Positions 25,721-36,019 of a stretch of DNA of 64,000 nucleotides are shown here, piece after piece. The notes under the pieces are model-generated. The model saw nothing but the letters and a program-made list of their open reading frames with translations, ran no database searches and was not told the DNA's origin. Made by a program: the position numbers and the translations under genes. This DNA comes from Deltaproteobacteria bacterium (GTDB taxonomy: Bacteria; Myxococcota_A; UBA9160; JAJDAL01). Position 1 is the stretch's first letter. Every line of letters starts with the position of its first letter. The stretch is taken from assembly GCA_029261875.1 (NCBI GenBank), contig JAJDAL010000006.1, positions 120,765-184,764 of the forward strand, in the 5' to 3' direction.

Positions 25721-27964
25721 ATGGGGAAGGACAACGCGCCGGCGGGTGGTCTGGAGGCTCTGCGTAGCACCGCGCTCCACACCCTGCGCGACCCGGGCCT
25801 GCGGCGCGGTATCCGGGCCCTGAGCGTTCTCAACCAGGAGCGCGGATTCGATTGTCCGGGCTGTGCCTGGCCGGACCCCAGCGAACGCAGCGCCGCGGAA
25901 TTTTGCGAGAACGGGGCGAAAGCCGTCGCCCACGAAGCCACCACGCGGAAGCTGACGGCGCAATTCTTCGAGCGCTGGCCGATCTCCCAGCTACTCGAGC
26001 AATCGGACCTCTGGTTGGAGCGACAGGGTCGACTCTGCGAGCCGCTCTTCAAGGCTGCAGATTCCGACCACTACGCGGCGATCTCCTGGGACGCTGCCTT
26101 CGAGCGCTTGGGTGCTTCGCTCCAATCTCTGTCGTCCCCGAACCGCGCCATCTTCTACACCTCGGGGCGTACCAGCAACGAAGCCGCCTTCCTCTACCAA
26201 TTGTTCGTCCGGGAATTCGGAACCAACAATCTTCCGGACTGCTCGAACATGTGCCACGAATCGAGTGGAACCGGTCTGTCGGAAGTGATCGGCGTCGGGA
26301 AGGGGACCGTCAGCCTCGACGACTTCGATTCCGCTGACGTCATCTTGCTGCTGGGCCAGAACCCCGGTTCGAATCACCCGCGCATGCTCACCACGCTGGA
26401 GGAAGCGGCAAAGCGCGGGTGTGAAATCATCAGCATCAATCCCCTGAAAGAGCGGGCGCTGGTGCGCTTCGCCCATCCCAAGAACCCCCGGTCCTGGTTC
26501 GGCCGCGGATCGGAAATCTGCAACCGCTTCCTTCAGGTTCGAATCGGCGGCGACGTGGCGCTTCTGCAGGGAATCGCGAAAGCGGTACTCGAATTGGAGA
26601 CCCGCGAGCCCGGTCGCATTCTCGATTGGGAATTCATCCGCCAGCATACGGATGGCTTCGACGCCTATCGCAAACACCTCGAGGCGACTTCCTGGGATTC
26701 CATCACGGAAACCAGCGGTATCGCGCGCGAGTCCATCGAAGCGACCGCCGTCGTCTACGCAGGGGCGCCGCGTGTCATCGCGTGCTGGGCCATGGGATTG
26801 ACCCAGCACCGACACGGCGTCGCGAACATCCAGGAGATCACCAACCTCCTCCTGTTGCGCGGCAACCTCGGAAGACGCGGGGCGGGGGTGTGCCCGGTCC
26901 GCGGACACAGCAACGTCCAGGGCGACCGCACCATGGGAATCTGGGAGAAACCCAAGCCCGAATTCCTCGACGCGCTCGAGCGGGAGTTTGGATTCGCGGC
27001 TCCGCGCGAGAACGGCCACGACACCCTCGCGGCCATCGCCGCCATGCAAGCCGGGCAGGCCAGTGTGTTCCTCGGAATGGGGGGCAACTTCGCAGCCGCC
27101 ACGCCGGACACGCCTGCGACCGAAGCCGCCCTGCGTCGCTGCACGCTCACCGCCCACGTGGCCACCAAGCTCAACCGTTCCCATCTCATCACCGGAACCG
27201 AAGCGCTCTTGCTGCCCTGCCTCGGTCGCACGGAACGCGATGCCCAGGAAACCGGGCAACAATTCGTCAGCGTCGAAAACTCCATGAGCGTGGTCCACCG
27301 CTCGGAGGGCGCCCTCGAACCGGCCAGCCCGAAACTGCGCAGCGAACCCGCGATCGTGGCTGGAATTGCAAAGGCCGCACTCGGAATCCGGAGCGCAATC
27401 GACTGGGATGCACTCGTGGCGAATTACGACGGCATTCGCGACCACATCGAACGGGTTATCCCGGGCTTCGAAGACTTCAATCGGCGGGTGCGTCAGCCCG
27501 GCGGCTTCACCCTTCCGAACGGTGCCCGCGACCGTTCCTTCGCCACCGCCAGCGGGCGAGCCCACTTCACGGTACACGCGCTCCCGCGCATCGAATTGAA
27601 TGCGGGCGAATACGTGATGATGACCATTCGCAGCCACAACCAATACAACACGACGGTGTACGGGGAAGCCGACCGCTACCGCGGGATTTCCGATCGCCGA
27701 GCGGTCTTGATGAACCCCCTGGACATCGAAAGCGAAGGTCTGCAAGCCCAGCAATGGGTCGACCTCACGAGTCGCTTCGAAGACGAAGAGCGCACGGTCC
27801 GATCCTTCCGCATCGAGCCCTACGACGTGCCGCGGCGTTGCGTCGCCACATATTTTCCGGAAGCCAATGCCTTGGTCGCGGCGGGGAGCTTTGCGCAAAA
27901 GAGCCGCACGCCGGCCTACAAATCCGTGGTCGTCCGCTTCGCAGCGGGGGCCGCGCCCCGATAG
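25721..27964 (+). CDS. FdhF/YdeP-family molybdopterin oxidoreductase
   Basis: 747 aa. N-terminal Cys motif FDCPGCAWPDP...FCENGAK, followed by molybdopterin-oxidoreductase domains. Confidence 0.9.
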   Translation: MGKDNAPAGGLEALRSTALHTLRDPGLRRGIRALSVLNQERGFDCPGCAWPDPSERSAAEFCENGAKAVAHEATTRKLTAQFFERWPISQLLEQSDLWLERQGRLCEPLFKAADSDHYAAISWDAAFERLGASLQSLSSPNRAIFYTSGRTSNEAAFLYQLFVREFGTNNLPDCSNMCHESSGTGLSEVIGVGKGTVSLDDFDSADVILLLGQNPGSNHPRMLTTLEEAAKRGCEIISINPLKERALVRFAHPKNPRSWFGRGSEICNRFLQVRIGGDVALLQGIAKAVLELETREPGRILDWEFIRQHTDGFDAYRKHLEATSWDSITETSGIARESIEATAVVYAGAPRVIACWAMGLTQHRHGVANIQEITNLLLLRGNLGRRGAGVCPVRGHSNVQGDRTMGIWEKPKPEFLDALEREFGFAAPRENGHDTLAAIAAMQAGQASVFLGMGGNFAAATPDTPATEAALRRCTLTAHVATKLNRSHLITGTEALLLPCLGRTERDAQETGQQFVSVENSMSVVHRSEGALEPASPKLRSEPAIVAGIAKAALGIRSAIDWDALVANYDGIRDHIERVIPGFEDFNRRVRQPGGFTLPNGARDRSFATASGRAHFTVHALPRIELNAGEYVMMTIRSHNQYNTTVYGEADRYRGISDRRAVLMNPLDIESEGLQAQQWVDLTSRFEDEERTVRSFRIEPYDVPRRCVATYFPEANALVAAGSFAQKSRTPAYKSVVVRFAAGAAPR

Positions 27965-27979
27965 GGTCGCGGGATTCCG

Positions 27980-30900
27980 ATGAGCGAGGCCATTTTCAAC
28001 CGACTCCTCCCCGCACTGCGACGTGGCGAACGCCGTCGCGCCGCGTTCTTCGTGACGCTGCTCGGCTTGGTGAGCCTGGCCCAGACCCTCGGGCTGGCGG
28101 GCTCCGAGGCGCTCTTCCTGGCGCGTGTCGGCATCGAGTTCTTACCCGGAGCACTCGTGTTCGCCGCCGGGGTGACGGTCCTGGGATCCCTCGCCTACGC
28201 GGCGGTAGTCGGGCGCGCGCGCAACGACCGCTTGTTCATCGTCTTGCTGCTTGCCGTCGCACTGGCATTGGCGGCCCTGACCGCCCTCTCGCTCCAGGGA
28301 CTCGATGCCGCCCCCTGGCTCCTGTTCGCCGTCTACTGGATCGGGCAGGCGATCTTCCTCAATCACTTCTGGACCTTCGCCGCCGACTATTTCGACACCC
28401 TGTCGAGCAAGCGCTTGTTCCCGCTGTTCGTCGTCGGTTCGAGTATCGGCGGCCTCCTGGGCGGCGTGCTCACGATCGCTTTCGCCCGAGCCGCCCCCCC
28501 CGAGAGCTTGATCGCCGCCTGGTCGGCGTTTCTCGTCCTCGGCGCGTTGCTGATCTTTCTCGCGCGTTGGCGCTTGCGCACCTGGGGCTCGAGCACCCTC
28601 GAGGAGTCGGACGAAAGTTCCGTCGAGGGCCTGCGCGGGGCCGTGCGCTTTCTGCGACGCTCTCCCCTCGGACGCTGGCTCGCCATCTCTTCGTTCGGCA
28701 TGGTGATCTCGCTGTTCGTCGTCCAGTACCTGTACTCGGGGATCTTCGCGGAAGCCTTTTCCGACGCTTCGGAGTTGGCCTTCTTTTTCGGCGTCTACCT
28801 GACCCTCAGCAACCTGGTGGAAGTCGTATTCGCCACCCTCGTCACGCCTTGGTTGATCCACCGCGTCGGTGTCGCGAGCGCGAACCTCGTGCACCCGCTG
28901 CTCACGATCGCCACCTGCGTCGCCGTCGCTTGGGACCCGCGTTTGTGGGTCGGCATTCTCGCGCGCGCCAATCGCGAGTTGCTCGACAACGCGATGAGCA
29001 TCCCCTTGCGCAATCTCGTCTACAACGCGCTTCCGCTCGGCATCCGGGGCAGGATTCGCGCGTTCCTCGAAGGCATCGTCGTGTACTCGGGAATGGTGGT
29101 GGCCGGTGTCGGCTTGTTGTTGTTGAGCGGAATCGTTTCACACCTGGGTCTGTGTATCGCGGGGGGTGCCGCAGCGTTGCTCTACCTTCTCGCCAACCTG
29201 CGCGTGCGACGCGAATACCTCAAATCCCTGGTCGGGGGCATGCGCGAGGGACGTCTCGACCTTTCGGAATTTGCGGCCGAACTCGGACATTGGGAAGTCT
29301 CTCAGATGTCCGCCCTGTGGCGGTCCATGTTGGGAGAGAGTTCCCAGCGCACGCGAGGCTCCGTCGTGCAACTCGCCACCGCCATGGCAAACGCGGGCGT
29401 CGCCGCTCCCCTGGTCAAGGGACTCCAACACGCCGATGAAAACGTGCGAAAGGCCTGCGTGGACGCGCTGGCGATCGTCGATACCGGCGCGGTCGAGGCC
29501 GCCCTCGTGCAAGCCCTCGAAGACGAGCGCGGCCTGGTGCGAAGATCCGCGGTTGCGGCCCTGGCTGCGCGTTCCGAGAAGCGCGCGCGCGTCGCTGCGG
29601 CGATTCGCTTGCGACTTTTCGATCCCGACCCCGCAACCCGTGCCGAGGCCGCGGCCGTTCTCGGTCCCGAGGGTTTCGAAGTCTTCAAGGAAATGGTCTG
29701 GTCCGAAGATCGCATTGCGGCGCGGGCGGCCTTCACCCGCATGCCACGCGCCCTGCTTTGGTTGGCGCTGCAACGCGTGGACGACGGGGATGCGCGCGTT
29801 CGCGCCGAAGCCTTGCGCTGCGTGACGCGACTTTCTTCGCCGGTCCCCCTGGACCCGGGTCGCTTGGCGGAGGACCTGAAGAACCCCAGTACGGACGTCC
29901 GGGCCGCCGCCGCCGACGCCCTCGCCACCCTCGAAGACGACTCCGCCTCCCTCGCCCTGGCGGGCTGCCTCGCGGATATCTCTCCGGAAGTCCGGCGCCA
30001 CGCGGTCGCGGCTTTGGGTCAATGCGGCGACCGGGCCGTCGCGGCCATCAGCCGCCATATGCACAACGAATCCGTGGCGACGTGCGAAGCGGCCCTCGAC
30101 GCGCTGGCGTTGATCCGCACCTCTGCGTCGCGAAAAGCCGTGCTCGGGTTCCTCTCGCAACAAGCCCGTCACGCGTGGGTGCACGTCTTCGCCATCCAAG
30201 TGTTGTCGAAGCAGAACAACATCAAGCGGCGCTTCCTGCGGGCGGCGATTCAGGATGCGCTGGCGCGCAACTGGAAGCTCGCCTTTCACGCGCTCTCGGT
30301 TCTCGAAGGCGCGAGCGTGGTCCGCAGTCTCGAACGAGCGCTTCGATTTTCGTCGTCGCGGTCCCGCGGCGACGCTTTGGAAGTTCTTTCGCACCTGGGC
30401 GATCGCGATGCGGCCCGGCTCCTGGTGCTGATGGCCGAGTACGGAACGATCGAAGACAAGATTCCCACGGCCCGGAACCACGTCCCCTATCCCCGCAGTG
30501 AAGACCAGGTTCTCGAAGAGGCCCGGCAGTCCGAATATCGATGGATTCGCACGTCCGCTGTCGCGATCGACAGCGGTTCCCACGAATCCCACGAGGAGAA
30601 GCTCATGGAACGCCTGCTGATTTTGCGCCAGGTACCGCTTTTCGCGGGACTCTCCCTCGAACAGCTCGAAGCGATCGGCGGCATCATGACCGAGACCTTG
30701 CGGGTGCGGGGCGACGTCGTAGTTCAGGAAGGCGACGTTGGCACCAAACTCTACGTATTGGTGAGAGGCGAGGTCGAAATCTTGCGAAACCTGGGAACCC
30801 CCCAGGAGGTACACCTCGGCAACCAGCAAGCCATCAGCTATTTCGGAGAAATGGCGATTCTCGACAATGAACCCCGCAGCGCCTCCGTGCGCGTCAAGCG

Positions 30901-31072
30901 AGACGTTCGCCTGCTGGTGCTGGACGGCGATCGCCTCAAGGAATTGATTCACCAGATGCCGGAGATCGCTTTCGAAATCCTGCGCGTGCTCGCGCGGCGC
31001 GTGCGCGAAGGGCACGAAAGACTCGAGCAACACGTCAAAGCCAGCGCCGCAGCCGGCGGGAAATCCGCCTGA
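27980..31072 (+). CDS. Fusion protein: ATP/ADP-translocase-like (Npt1/MFS-type) membrane domain, HEAT repeats and a cyclic-nucleotide-binding domain
   Basis: 1030 aa. About 400 aa of multi-TM N-terminus (FFVTLLGLVSLAQTLGLAGSEALFLARVG...). PBS-lyase/HEAT repeats (DENVRKACVDALA, DERGLVRRSAVAALA, DPATRAEAAAVLG, SPEVRRHAVAALG). C-terminal cNMP domain (LRQVPLFAGLSLEQLEAI...YFGEMAILDNEPRSASV). Confidence 0.85.
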   Translation: MSEAIFNRLLPALRRGERRRAAFFVTLLGLVSLAQTLGLAGSEALFLARVGIEFLPGALVFAAGVTVLGSLAYAAVVGRARNDRLFIVLLLAVALALAALTALSLQGLDAAPWLLFAVYWIGQAIFLNHFWTFAADYFDTLSSKRLFPLFVVGSSIGGLLGGVLTIAFARAAPPESLIAAWSAFLVLGALLIFLARWRLRTWGSSTLEESDESSVEGLRGAVRFLRRSPLGRWLAISSFGMVISLFVVQYLYSGIFAEAFSDASELAFFFGVYLTLSNLVEVVFATLVTPWLIHRVGVASANLVHPLLTIATCVAVAWDPRLWVGILARANRELLDNAMSIPLRNLVYNALPLGIRGRIRAFLEGIVVYSGMVVAGVGLLLLSGIVSHLGLCIAGGAAALLYLLANLRVRREYLKSLVGGMREGRLDLSEFAAELGHWEVSQMSALWRSMLGESSQRTRGSVVQLATAMANAGVAAPLVKGLQHADENVRKACVDALAIVDTGAVEAALVQALEDERGLVRRSAVAALAARSEKRARVAAAIRLRLFDPDPATRAEAAAVLGPEGFEVFKEMVWSEDRIAARAAFTRMPRALLWLALQRVDDGDARVRAEALRCVTRLSSPVPLDPGRLAEDLKNPSTDVRAAAADALATLEDDSASLALAGCLADISPEVRRHAVAALGQCGDRAVAAISRHMHNESVATCEAALDALALIRTSASRKAVLGFLSQQARHAWVHVFAIQVLSKQNNIKRRFLRAAIQDALARNWKLAFHALSVLEGASVVRSLERALRFSSSRSRGDALEVLSHLGDRDAARLLVLMAEYGTIEDKIPTARNHVPYPRSEDQVLEEARQSEYRWIRTSAVAIDSGSHESHEEKLMERLLILRQVPLFAGLSLEQLEAIGGIMTETLRVRGDVVVQEGDVGTKLYVLVRGEVEILRNLGTPQEVHLGNQQAISYFGEMAILDNEPRSASVRVKRDVRLLVLDGDRLKELIHQMPEIAFEILRVLARRVREGHERLEQHVKASAAAGGKSA

Positions 31073-31136
31073 CACACTTGCGTTTCCCCGTGGGAAGGGC
31101 ATCTTCGATTCGTATGCGGCCCGGAATGGGGGCCTT

Positions 31137-31610
31137 GTGATCACCGTGGCCATGGCCACGGGAATCGCCGCCCCCCCGAAACGTGTGTGGCGAGCCATCA
31201 CGGATCCCGATGAACTCGGTTCCTGGAATCCCAGTGTGCTCGAAATCATCGACGCGCCGACGGGCGCTCCCAAGATCGGCCATCGTCTGCGCTGTCGATA
31301 CTCGCTGCGGGGAATCCCCATCGTACTGTCCATTCGCACGACCGGGGTCACTCCGGGCAGGGAGCTGCGCTCGACCCTGCGCTTGGGCGCTCTGCAACTC
31401 GATCTTCGCTACTCCCTCGAACCGGAAATCGGCGACCCACCGCGTGCGCGCCTGGGCATGCGCCTGGACACGACCTCCAATGCCGCCGTGGAGGGAGAGA
31501 TCCTCGACCGCTTCGAAGTGCGCTCCCTGGCGACCCAGTTCGTCGCCACCAGCCTGGAAGGCGTGCGCAAGTGGTGCGAGCAAAAGGAAGCGCGCCTCGA
31601 CGCCTCGTAG
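31137..31610 (+). CDS. SRPBCC (START/Aha1/polyketide-cyclase-like) family protein
   Basis: 157 aa, GTG start. The N-terminus ITVAMATGIAAPPKRVWRAITDPDEL is typical of SRPBCC proteins. Confidence 0.75.
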   Translation: MITVAMATGIAAPPKRVWRAITDPDELGSWNPSVLEIIDAPTGAPKIGHRLRCRYSLRGIPIVLSIRTTGVTPGRELRSTLRLGALQLDLRYSLEPEIGDPPRARLGMRLDTTSNAAVEGEILDRFEVRSLATQFVATSLEGVRKWCEQKEARLDAS

Positions 31611-31628
31611 TCCCGCAATCTACCCGCG

Positions 31629-32609
31629 ATGACTTTCTGGGTCGTGGGGGCCGGCGCCGTTGGCTTGACCGTGGCGGCAAGACTCGCGCGGGCGGAGCAA
31701 CCGGTACGCGTCGTGAGCCGACGCCCGGATGTCGTGCGCCGCATCACCCGAGAGGGAATCGGTTTCGAAGAAGCGGCGACCGGGCAGGCGTTCCGGGTTC
31801 CGGTCGAGGCCCGCTCCGAAATCGACGCGCAGGGGGAATCCGACACGCTACTGCTCTGCGTCCGCTCGACGGACACGGAATCCATGGCGCGCACGCTCGC
31901 CGAGGCCGCACCCGGCAGCAGCGTGGCGAGCATTCAGAACGACATCGACAACGAACGGATCCTGGCGCGCCACTTCGAACGCGTCGTGGGCGTCGCGTAT
32001 TGGCAGACCTGCACGCTGAAGGATCCGAACTCCGTCACCGCCCTCGGAAACGGGCGCATCGTGCTGGGAGTGCATCGTGGCGCCGCGGAAGCCGCGACCC
32101 ACGAGATCGCGAACGCGTTTGCGCGCGCGGACTACGGCGTGGAGGTTTCTCCGTCGATCGAGGCCGACAAGTGGTTGAAGCTGTGCATCAACCTGATGAG
32201 TGCCCCCAACGCGCTGGTGCGCCGCGACGACCACAGCACCGACGCATTCGTCGAAAGCAAAGCGAGACTCCTCGAGGAGGCGAGAGCCGCGCTCGCGGCC
32301 GCAGGCATCGCCACCCGCGCCGCGTCCGGCGCGCGCAGCCTGGACGAAGAGATCGTCTTCCAACGCGAAGCGCTGGCCCGGGGCACCAGCGCCCGACGGC
32401 TTCCGCTCTACAACCAGGCTTGGGCCGCCTTGAAACGCGGAACCGGGCTCGAGGCCGATCGCTACCACAAGCGCATCATCGAACTTGCGACCCGTTTCGG
32501 TACCCCGGCGCCCATCAATCGACGGGTTCTGGAACTGCTCGAACGCGCCCACGCCGAAGGCAGCGGTCCCGAGTGCGTGGAGGCGAGCGAACTTCTGAAT
32601 CCCCCGTGA
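31629..32609 (+). CDS. Ketopantoate reductase (PanE/ApbA) family oxidoreductase
   Basis: 326 aa. Rossmann motif FWVVGAGAVG and family-typical length. Confidence 0.85.
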   Translation: MTFWVVGAGAVGLTVAARLARAEQPVRVVSRRPDVVRRITREGIGFEEAATGQAFRVPVEARSEIDAQGESDTLLLCVRSTDTESMARTLAEAAPGSSVASIQNDIDNERILARHFERVVGVAYWQTCTLKDPNSVTALGNGRIVLGVHRGAAEAATHEIANAFARADYGVEVSPSIEADKWLKLCINLMSAPNALVRRDDHSTDAFVESKARLLEEARAALAAAGIATRAASGARSLDEEIVFQREALARGTSARRLPLYNQAWAALKRGTGLEADRYHKRIIELATRFGTPAPINRRVLELLERAHAEGSGPECVEASELLNPP

Positions 32610-32615
32610 TGGCGA

Positions 32616-33608
32616 TCAGGGGGCTTCGGGTGCCTGGGACCAGATGTCCGTCTCGGGCTGGAAGGCCTTCCACGCAAACCAGTACGACTCGACGACCAAA
32701 ACCGACTTCGGGATTTCCCAGCGAAAGACCGCATGCTCGGTGTCGTATTCGATGCGGATCTCCTGGCCCTCGAAGCGATCCACCATCTTCCCACCGGCCG
32801 CCGTCAATTTCGAACCCAGGTACGCGCGCGCCTTCCCGTTCACCACGATTCCGACCACTACTTCTTTGGCGTGGTAGCGGTCATCGCGAGCCACCACCGG
32901 AAACGGAATCTTGTCCTCCACCCAATAACTCGAGTAGGGGCTGTAGCGGTAATCGATGCTGCGCGGAGCGGGGCGTTCCATGACGACGGTCTGGGGATAA
33001 CGCTCGTGCCAGGAACTCGCCGTTTCCTGGCGCACTCGGATTCGTTCGAGTTTCTGGCCCACTCGTTTTCCCGCAATCGCTTCCCCGCGCAGCGGGGACC
33101 ATAGGCTTTCGGTCTCACGGTCGTAGAAAACGAAACTCGCGTTGTGGACGAGTCCGGAGACGCCGAATTCCAAAACCTCGCCTTCGACCTCTCGTTCGAA
33201 CGCGAGCGGCGAACCCGACAACGGATCGAACAGGATGGCGATCGCCTTGTCCCCAACGCGGTCGTTGACGACCTGGTGGCGTTCGACCAGGTGCACGGGA
33301 TACGCGCGCGCTTGGTCCCCCAACACCAGGCCGATGACGGGCGTGTTGGCGGCGACCCAATGGGCCTCTTCCGGCGCGACGAAAGTGGGATCATCCTCGG
33401 ATACGATCACATCGCGCGAAGGGCCACCGGCCAGAATCGATTCGCACGCAACCGTGCATTTCTCGAAGGAAAATCCATTGCGCGCGGGATCGCCCGCGGC
33501 GTCGGCGGATGCGGATGCGGGCGTGCAAAGAAACGCAAGACTCAGGGCGAGGCGTTGGATGGCTCGCCCATGCGCGGGCGGGCTAGCCACCCGCAACCGC
33601 TGCGACAC
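32616..33608 (-). CDS. DUF3179 domain protein (secreted)
   Basis: 330 aa with a signal peptide. DUF3179-like blocks PVIGLVLGDQARAYP, FGVSGLVHNASFVFYDRETESLW and SYWFAWKAFQPET. Confidence 0.8.
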   Translation of the reverse strand: MSQRLRVASPPAHGRAIQRLALSLAFLCTPASASADAAGDPARNGFSFEKCTVACESILAGGPSRDVIVSEDDPTFVAPEEAHWVAANTPVIGLVLGDQARAYPVHLVERHQVVNDRVGDKAIAILFDPLSGSPLAFEREVEGEVLEFGVSGLVHNASFVFYDRETESLWSPLRGEAIAGKRVGQKLERIRVRQETASSWHERYPQTVVMERPAPRSIDYRYSPYSSYWVEDKIPFPVVARDDRYHAKEVVVGIVVNGKARAYLGSKLTAAGGKMVDRFEGQEIRIEYDTEHAVFRWEIPKSVLVVESYWFAWKAFQPETDIWSQAPEAP

Positions 33609-34923
33609 TCGACTTCAACACTTCGAGCAAGCGATCGAGATCGGCGTCGGGAATGTTCAGGGAGGGCGTGATGTAGACGACGTTGCCCAGCGGGCGCAAA
33701 TACGCGCCGCGCTTGCGCGCTTCGTCGTAGACCCGCCAGCCCGCGTTGGCGAGATAACCTTCGTCGCCTTCGAGATCGAGTGCTGCAACCATTCCGATGG
33801 AGCGCGCGCCCCCTACGCCCGGCAGGGCGGACAATTCCGAGAACGCATTGGCGATGCGGCTGGCTTTCGGCACTGCGCGGTCGAGAATCTGCTCCTCTTC
33901 GAATACGCGCAGGACCTCGAGTGCCACGGCGGCCCCCAATGGGTTGCCGCAAAACGTGTGCCCGTAATAGAAGGCGCGTTCGGGTCCGCCGAGAAAACCG
34001 CGATAGATGCGATCCGATACCAGGGTGGCGGCCATGGGGAGCATGCCGCCGGAGAAGCCCTTGGCCGTGCACGTGATGTCGGGCGCCACGCCGGCGTGAT
34101 CCGCTGCCCACATGGGACCGGTCCGTCCGTAGCCCGTGAACACCTCATCGAACACGAGAAAGACGTCGTAGCGATCACAGACTTCGCGTGCCGCACGCAG
34201 AAACGCGGGATCGTATATCCGCATTCCCGCGGCTCCCTGTACCACGGGCTCGAGTACGACGCCCGCGATCTCGTCCGCATTGCGCGACACACAAACGCCC
34301 AGGGCGTCGAGCGCTTGTTCCGCGGCAGCGGGATCACCGGGAGAGGGAATGTGGAAGCACGGCAGCAGGGATTCGGCAAAGGGTTGCCGGAAGACATCGA
34401 CGCCCCCGAGTGCCGTTACGCCCAGCGTCTCGCCGTGGAATGCGCCTTCGAGGGAAACGAACTTGCGCCGCTTGGGCCGACCGTTCTGATACCAATATTG
34501 CAGGCACAACTTCATCGCGACTTCGACGGAGGTGGAACCGTTGTCGCTGAAGAACACGTGATCGAGGCCGCGCGGCGCGACCCCGCACAAGGTTGCCGCC
34601 AGCTCGGCGGCCGCCGGGTGCGTCATCCCCGCCAGGGCGGTGTGGCAGAGCGCTTCGCTCTGGTCGCGCAGCGCCGCCACCAGTCGCGGATGATTGTGAC
34701 CCAGCGTCGAGGTCCACCAGGATGCATTTCCGTCGATGTAGCTGCGCCCATCGATATCGACCAGCGTGGACCCCGAGGCCTTCGCCACCACGATCGGATC
34801 GACGCGCTCGCAGTAATCCTCCATTGCGGTGTAGGGGTGCCACAACCAACTCTTGTCGAGTTCGACTACACGTTCCCGTGCCGCGACCTCCCCAAGCGCT
34901 CTCCGGAGCGAACTCAGAGACAA
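33583..34923 (-). CDS. bioA: Adenosylmethionine-8-amino-7-oxononanoate aminotransferase
   Basis: ORF 33583..35274 trimmed to TTG 34923; there is no in-frame ATG or GTG after the upstream gene's stop. Motifs [18 protein letters not shown] and PLP-Lys CTAKGFSGG. The start is uncertain. Confidence 0.85.
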   Translation of the reverse strand: MSLSSLRRALGEVAARERVVELDKSWLWHPYTAMEDYCERVDPIVVAKASGSTLVDIDGRSYIDGNASWWTSTLGHNHPRLVAALRDQSEALCHTALAGMTHPAAAELAATLCGVAPRGLDHVFFSDNGSTSVEVAMKLCLQYWYQNGRPKRRKFVSLEGAFHGETLGVTALGGVDVFRQPFAESLLPCFHIPSPGDPAAAEQALDALGVCVSRNADEIAGVVLEPVVQGAAGMRIYDPAFLRAAREVCDRYDVFLVFDEVFTGYGRTGPMWAADHAGVAPDITCTAKGFSGGMLPMAATLVSDRIYRGFLGGPERAFYYGHTFCGNPLGAAVALEVLRVFEEEQILDRAVPKASRIANAFSELSALPGVGGARSIGMVAALDLEGDEGYLANAGWRVYDEARKRGAYLRPLGNVVYITPSLNIPDADLDRLLEVLKSSVAAVAGG

Positions 34924-35954
34924 AGCTCGGCCATGATCCGCAGGGCCTCGGTCTGGCCTGCGCCCACCAGCAACGTGTTGATGCCCGATTCCTTCCAGGC
35001 GTCGAGTTGGTCGGCGATGTGCTCCTTGCTGCCCACCAACGCCATCTTGTCGACCAGTTCGTCGGGAACCGCCGCGATGGCTTCGGCCTTCTTCCCATCC
35101 AGATAGAGGTCCTGGATCTTGACCGCGGCTTCTTCGTAACCCAGGCGCTTCGCGTGGTCGTTGTAGAAGTTCTTTCCGCGCGCCCCCATGCCGCCGATGT
35201 AGAGGGCGAGCCCGGCCTTCACGGGGAAGCGGCATTTGTCGAGATCTTCTCCCACGACCACGGAGACGTTGCACGCGACATCGAAGTCCTTGAAGCCTTT
35301 GCCGTTACCCGCCTTGGCGAAGCCTTTTTCGAAGTGCGGCTCGAGCACGTCGAAACGCGTCGGATCCGTCCACACCACGAGCACGCCGTCCGCGACTTCG
35401 GCGCTGCACGCCAGACCGTTGGGACTGATGGATGCCGTGTAGATGGGAAGATCCGTGCGACCGTGCAGAATGCTCTTGAGGGGTTTGCCGAGCCCGGTGG
35501 CGTCATCGCCGCGATAGGGAATCTCGTAGCTGGCGCCCTTGTACTCGAGGGGGCCTTCCCGCGCAAAGATCTGGCGCAGGACTTGAATGTATTCGCGCGT
35601 GCGCGTGAGGGGTTTGCCGTACGCTACGCCGTGCCACCCCTCGACGACCTGGGGACCCGAGGGCCCCAAACCCAGAATGAAGCGACCGCCCGACAGACTG
35701 TCCAACGTCATGGCCGTCATCGCCGTCATCGCGGGAGTACGCGCCGGCATCTGCATGATCGCGGTGCCGAGTTTGATCTTGGTGGTCTGAGCGCCGATCC
35801 ACGCCAGGGGCGAGATCGCGTCGGAGCCATAGGCTTCCGCGGTCCAGACCGCGCCGAAACCCAATCGCTCGGCTTCGAGAACCATATCCATGTTGACGGA
35901 CATCTTGGCGCCGGAATAACCGAGGACGAGTCCTAAATTCACTGAATTGGCCAT
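34914..35954 (-). CDS. Luciferase-like monooxygenase (LLM) class, F420-dependent-type oxidoreductase
   Basis: 346 aa. LLM pattern [19 protein letters not shown]...[23 protein letters not shown] upstream. Confidence 0.85.
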   Translation of the reverse strand: MANSVNLGLVLGYSGAKMSVNMDMVLEAERLGFGAVWTAEAYGSDAISPLAWIGAQTTKIKLGTAIMQMPARTPAMTAMTAMTLDSLSGGRFILGLGPSGPQVVEGWHGVAYGKPLTRTREYIQVLRQIFAREGPLEYKGASYEIPYRGDDATGLGKPLKSILHGRTDLPIYTASISPNGLACSAEVADGVLVVWTDPTRFDVLEPHFEKGFAKAGNGKGFKDFDVACNVSVVVGEDLDKCRFPVKAGLALYIGGMGARGKNFYNDHAKRLGYEEAAVKIQDLYLDGKKAEAIAAVPDELVDKMALVGSKEHIADQLDAWKESGINTLLVGAGQTEALRIMAELCL

Positions 35955-36019
35955 GGGGGGAGAACTCCTTTTGGATTGAGTCGCGGCTGGCGATTCTACC
36001 GCAAAAACGGGCTCGGGGA

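Noticed and set aside
26626-29439. 937-aa plus-strand ORF spanning two genes
   Set aside because: Out-of-frame shadow of the YdeP-type oxidoreductase and the transporter-HEAT-cNMP gene. It has extreme Arg/Pro/Gly content and no domain pattern.
29138-31351. 737-aa minus-strand ORF
   Set aside because: Antisense to the well-supported HEAT/cNMP coding region.
35707-35733. Three tandem 9-nt units (GTCATGGCC / GTCATCGCC / GTCATCGCG) encoding AMTAMTAMT in the LLM oxidoreductase
   Set aside because: Short in-frame repeat inside a conserved enzyme core. It is probably just a local sequence quirk, too short to call a variable repeat without population data.
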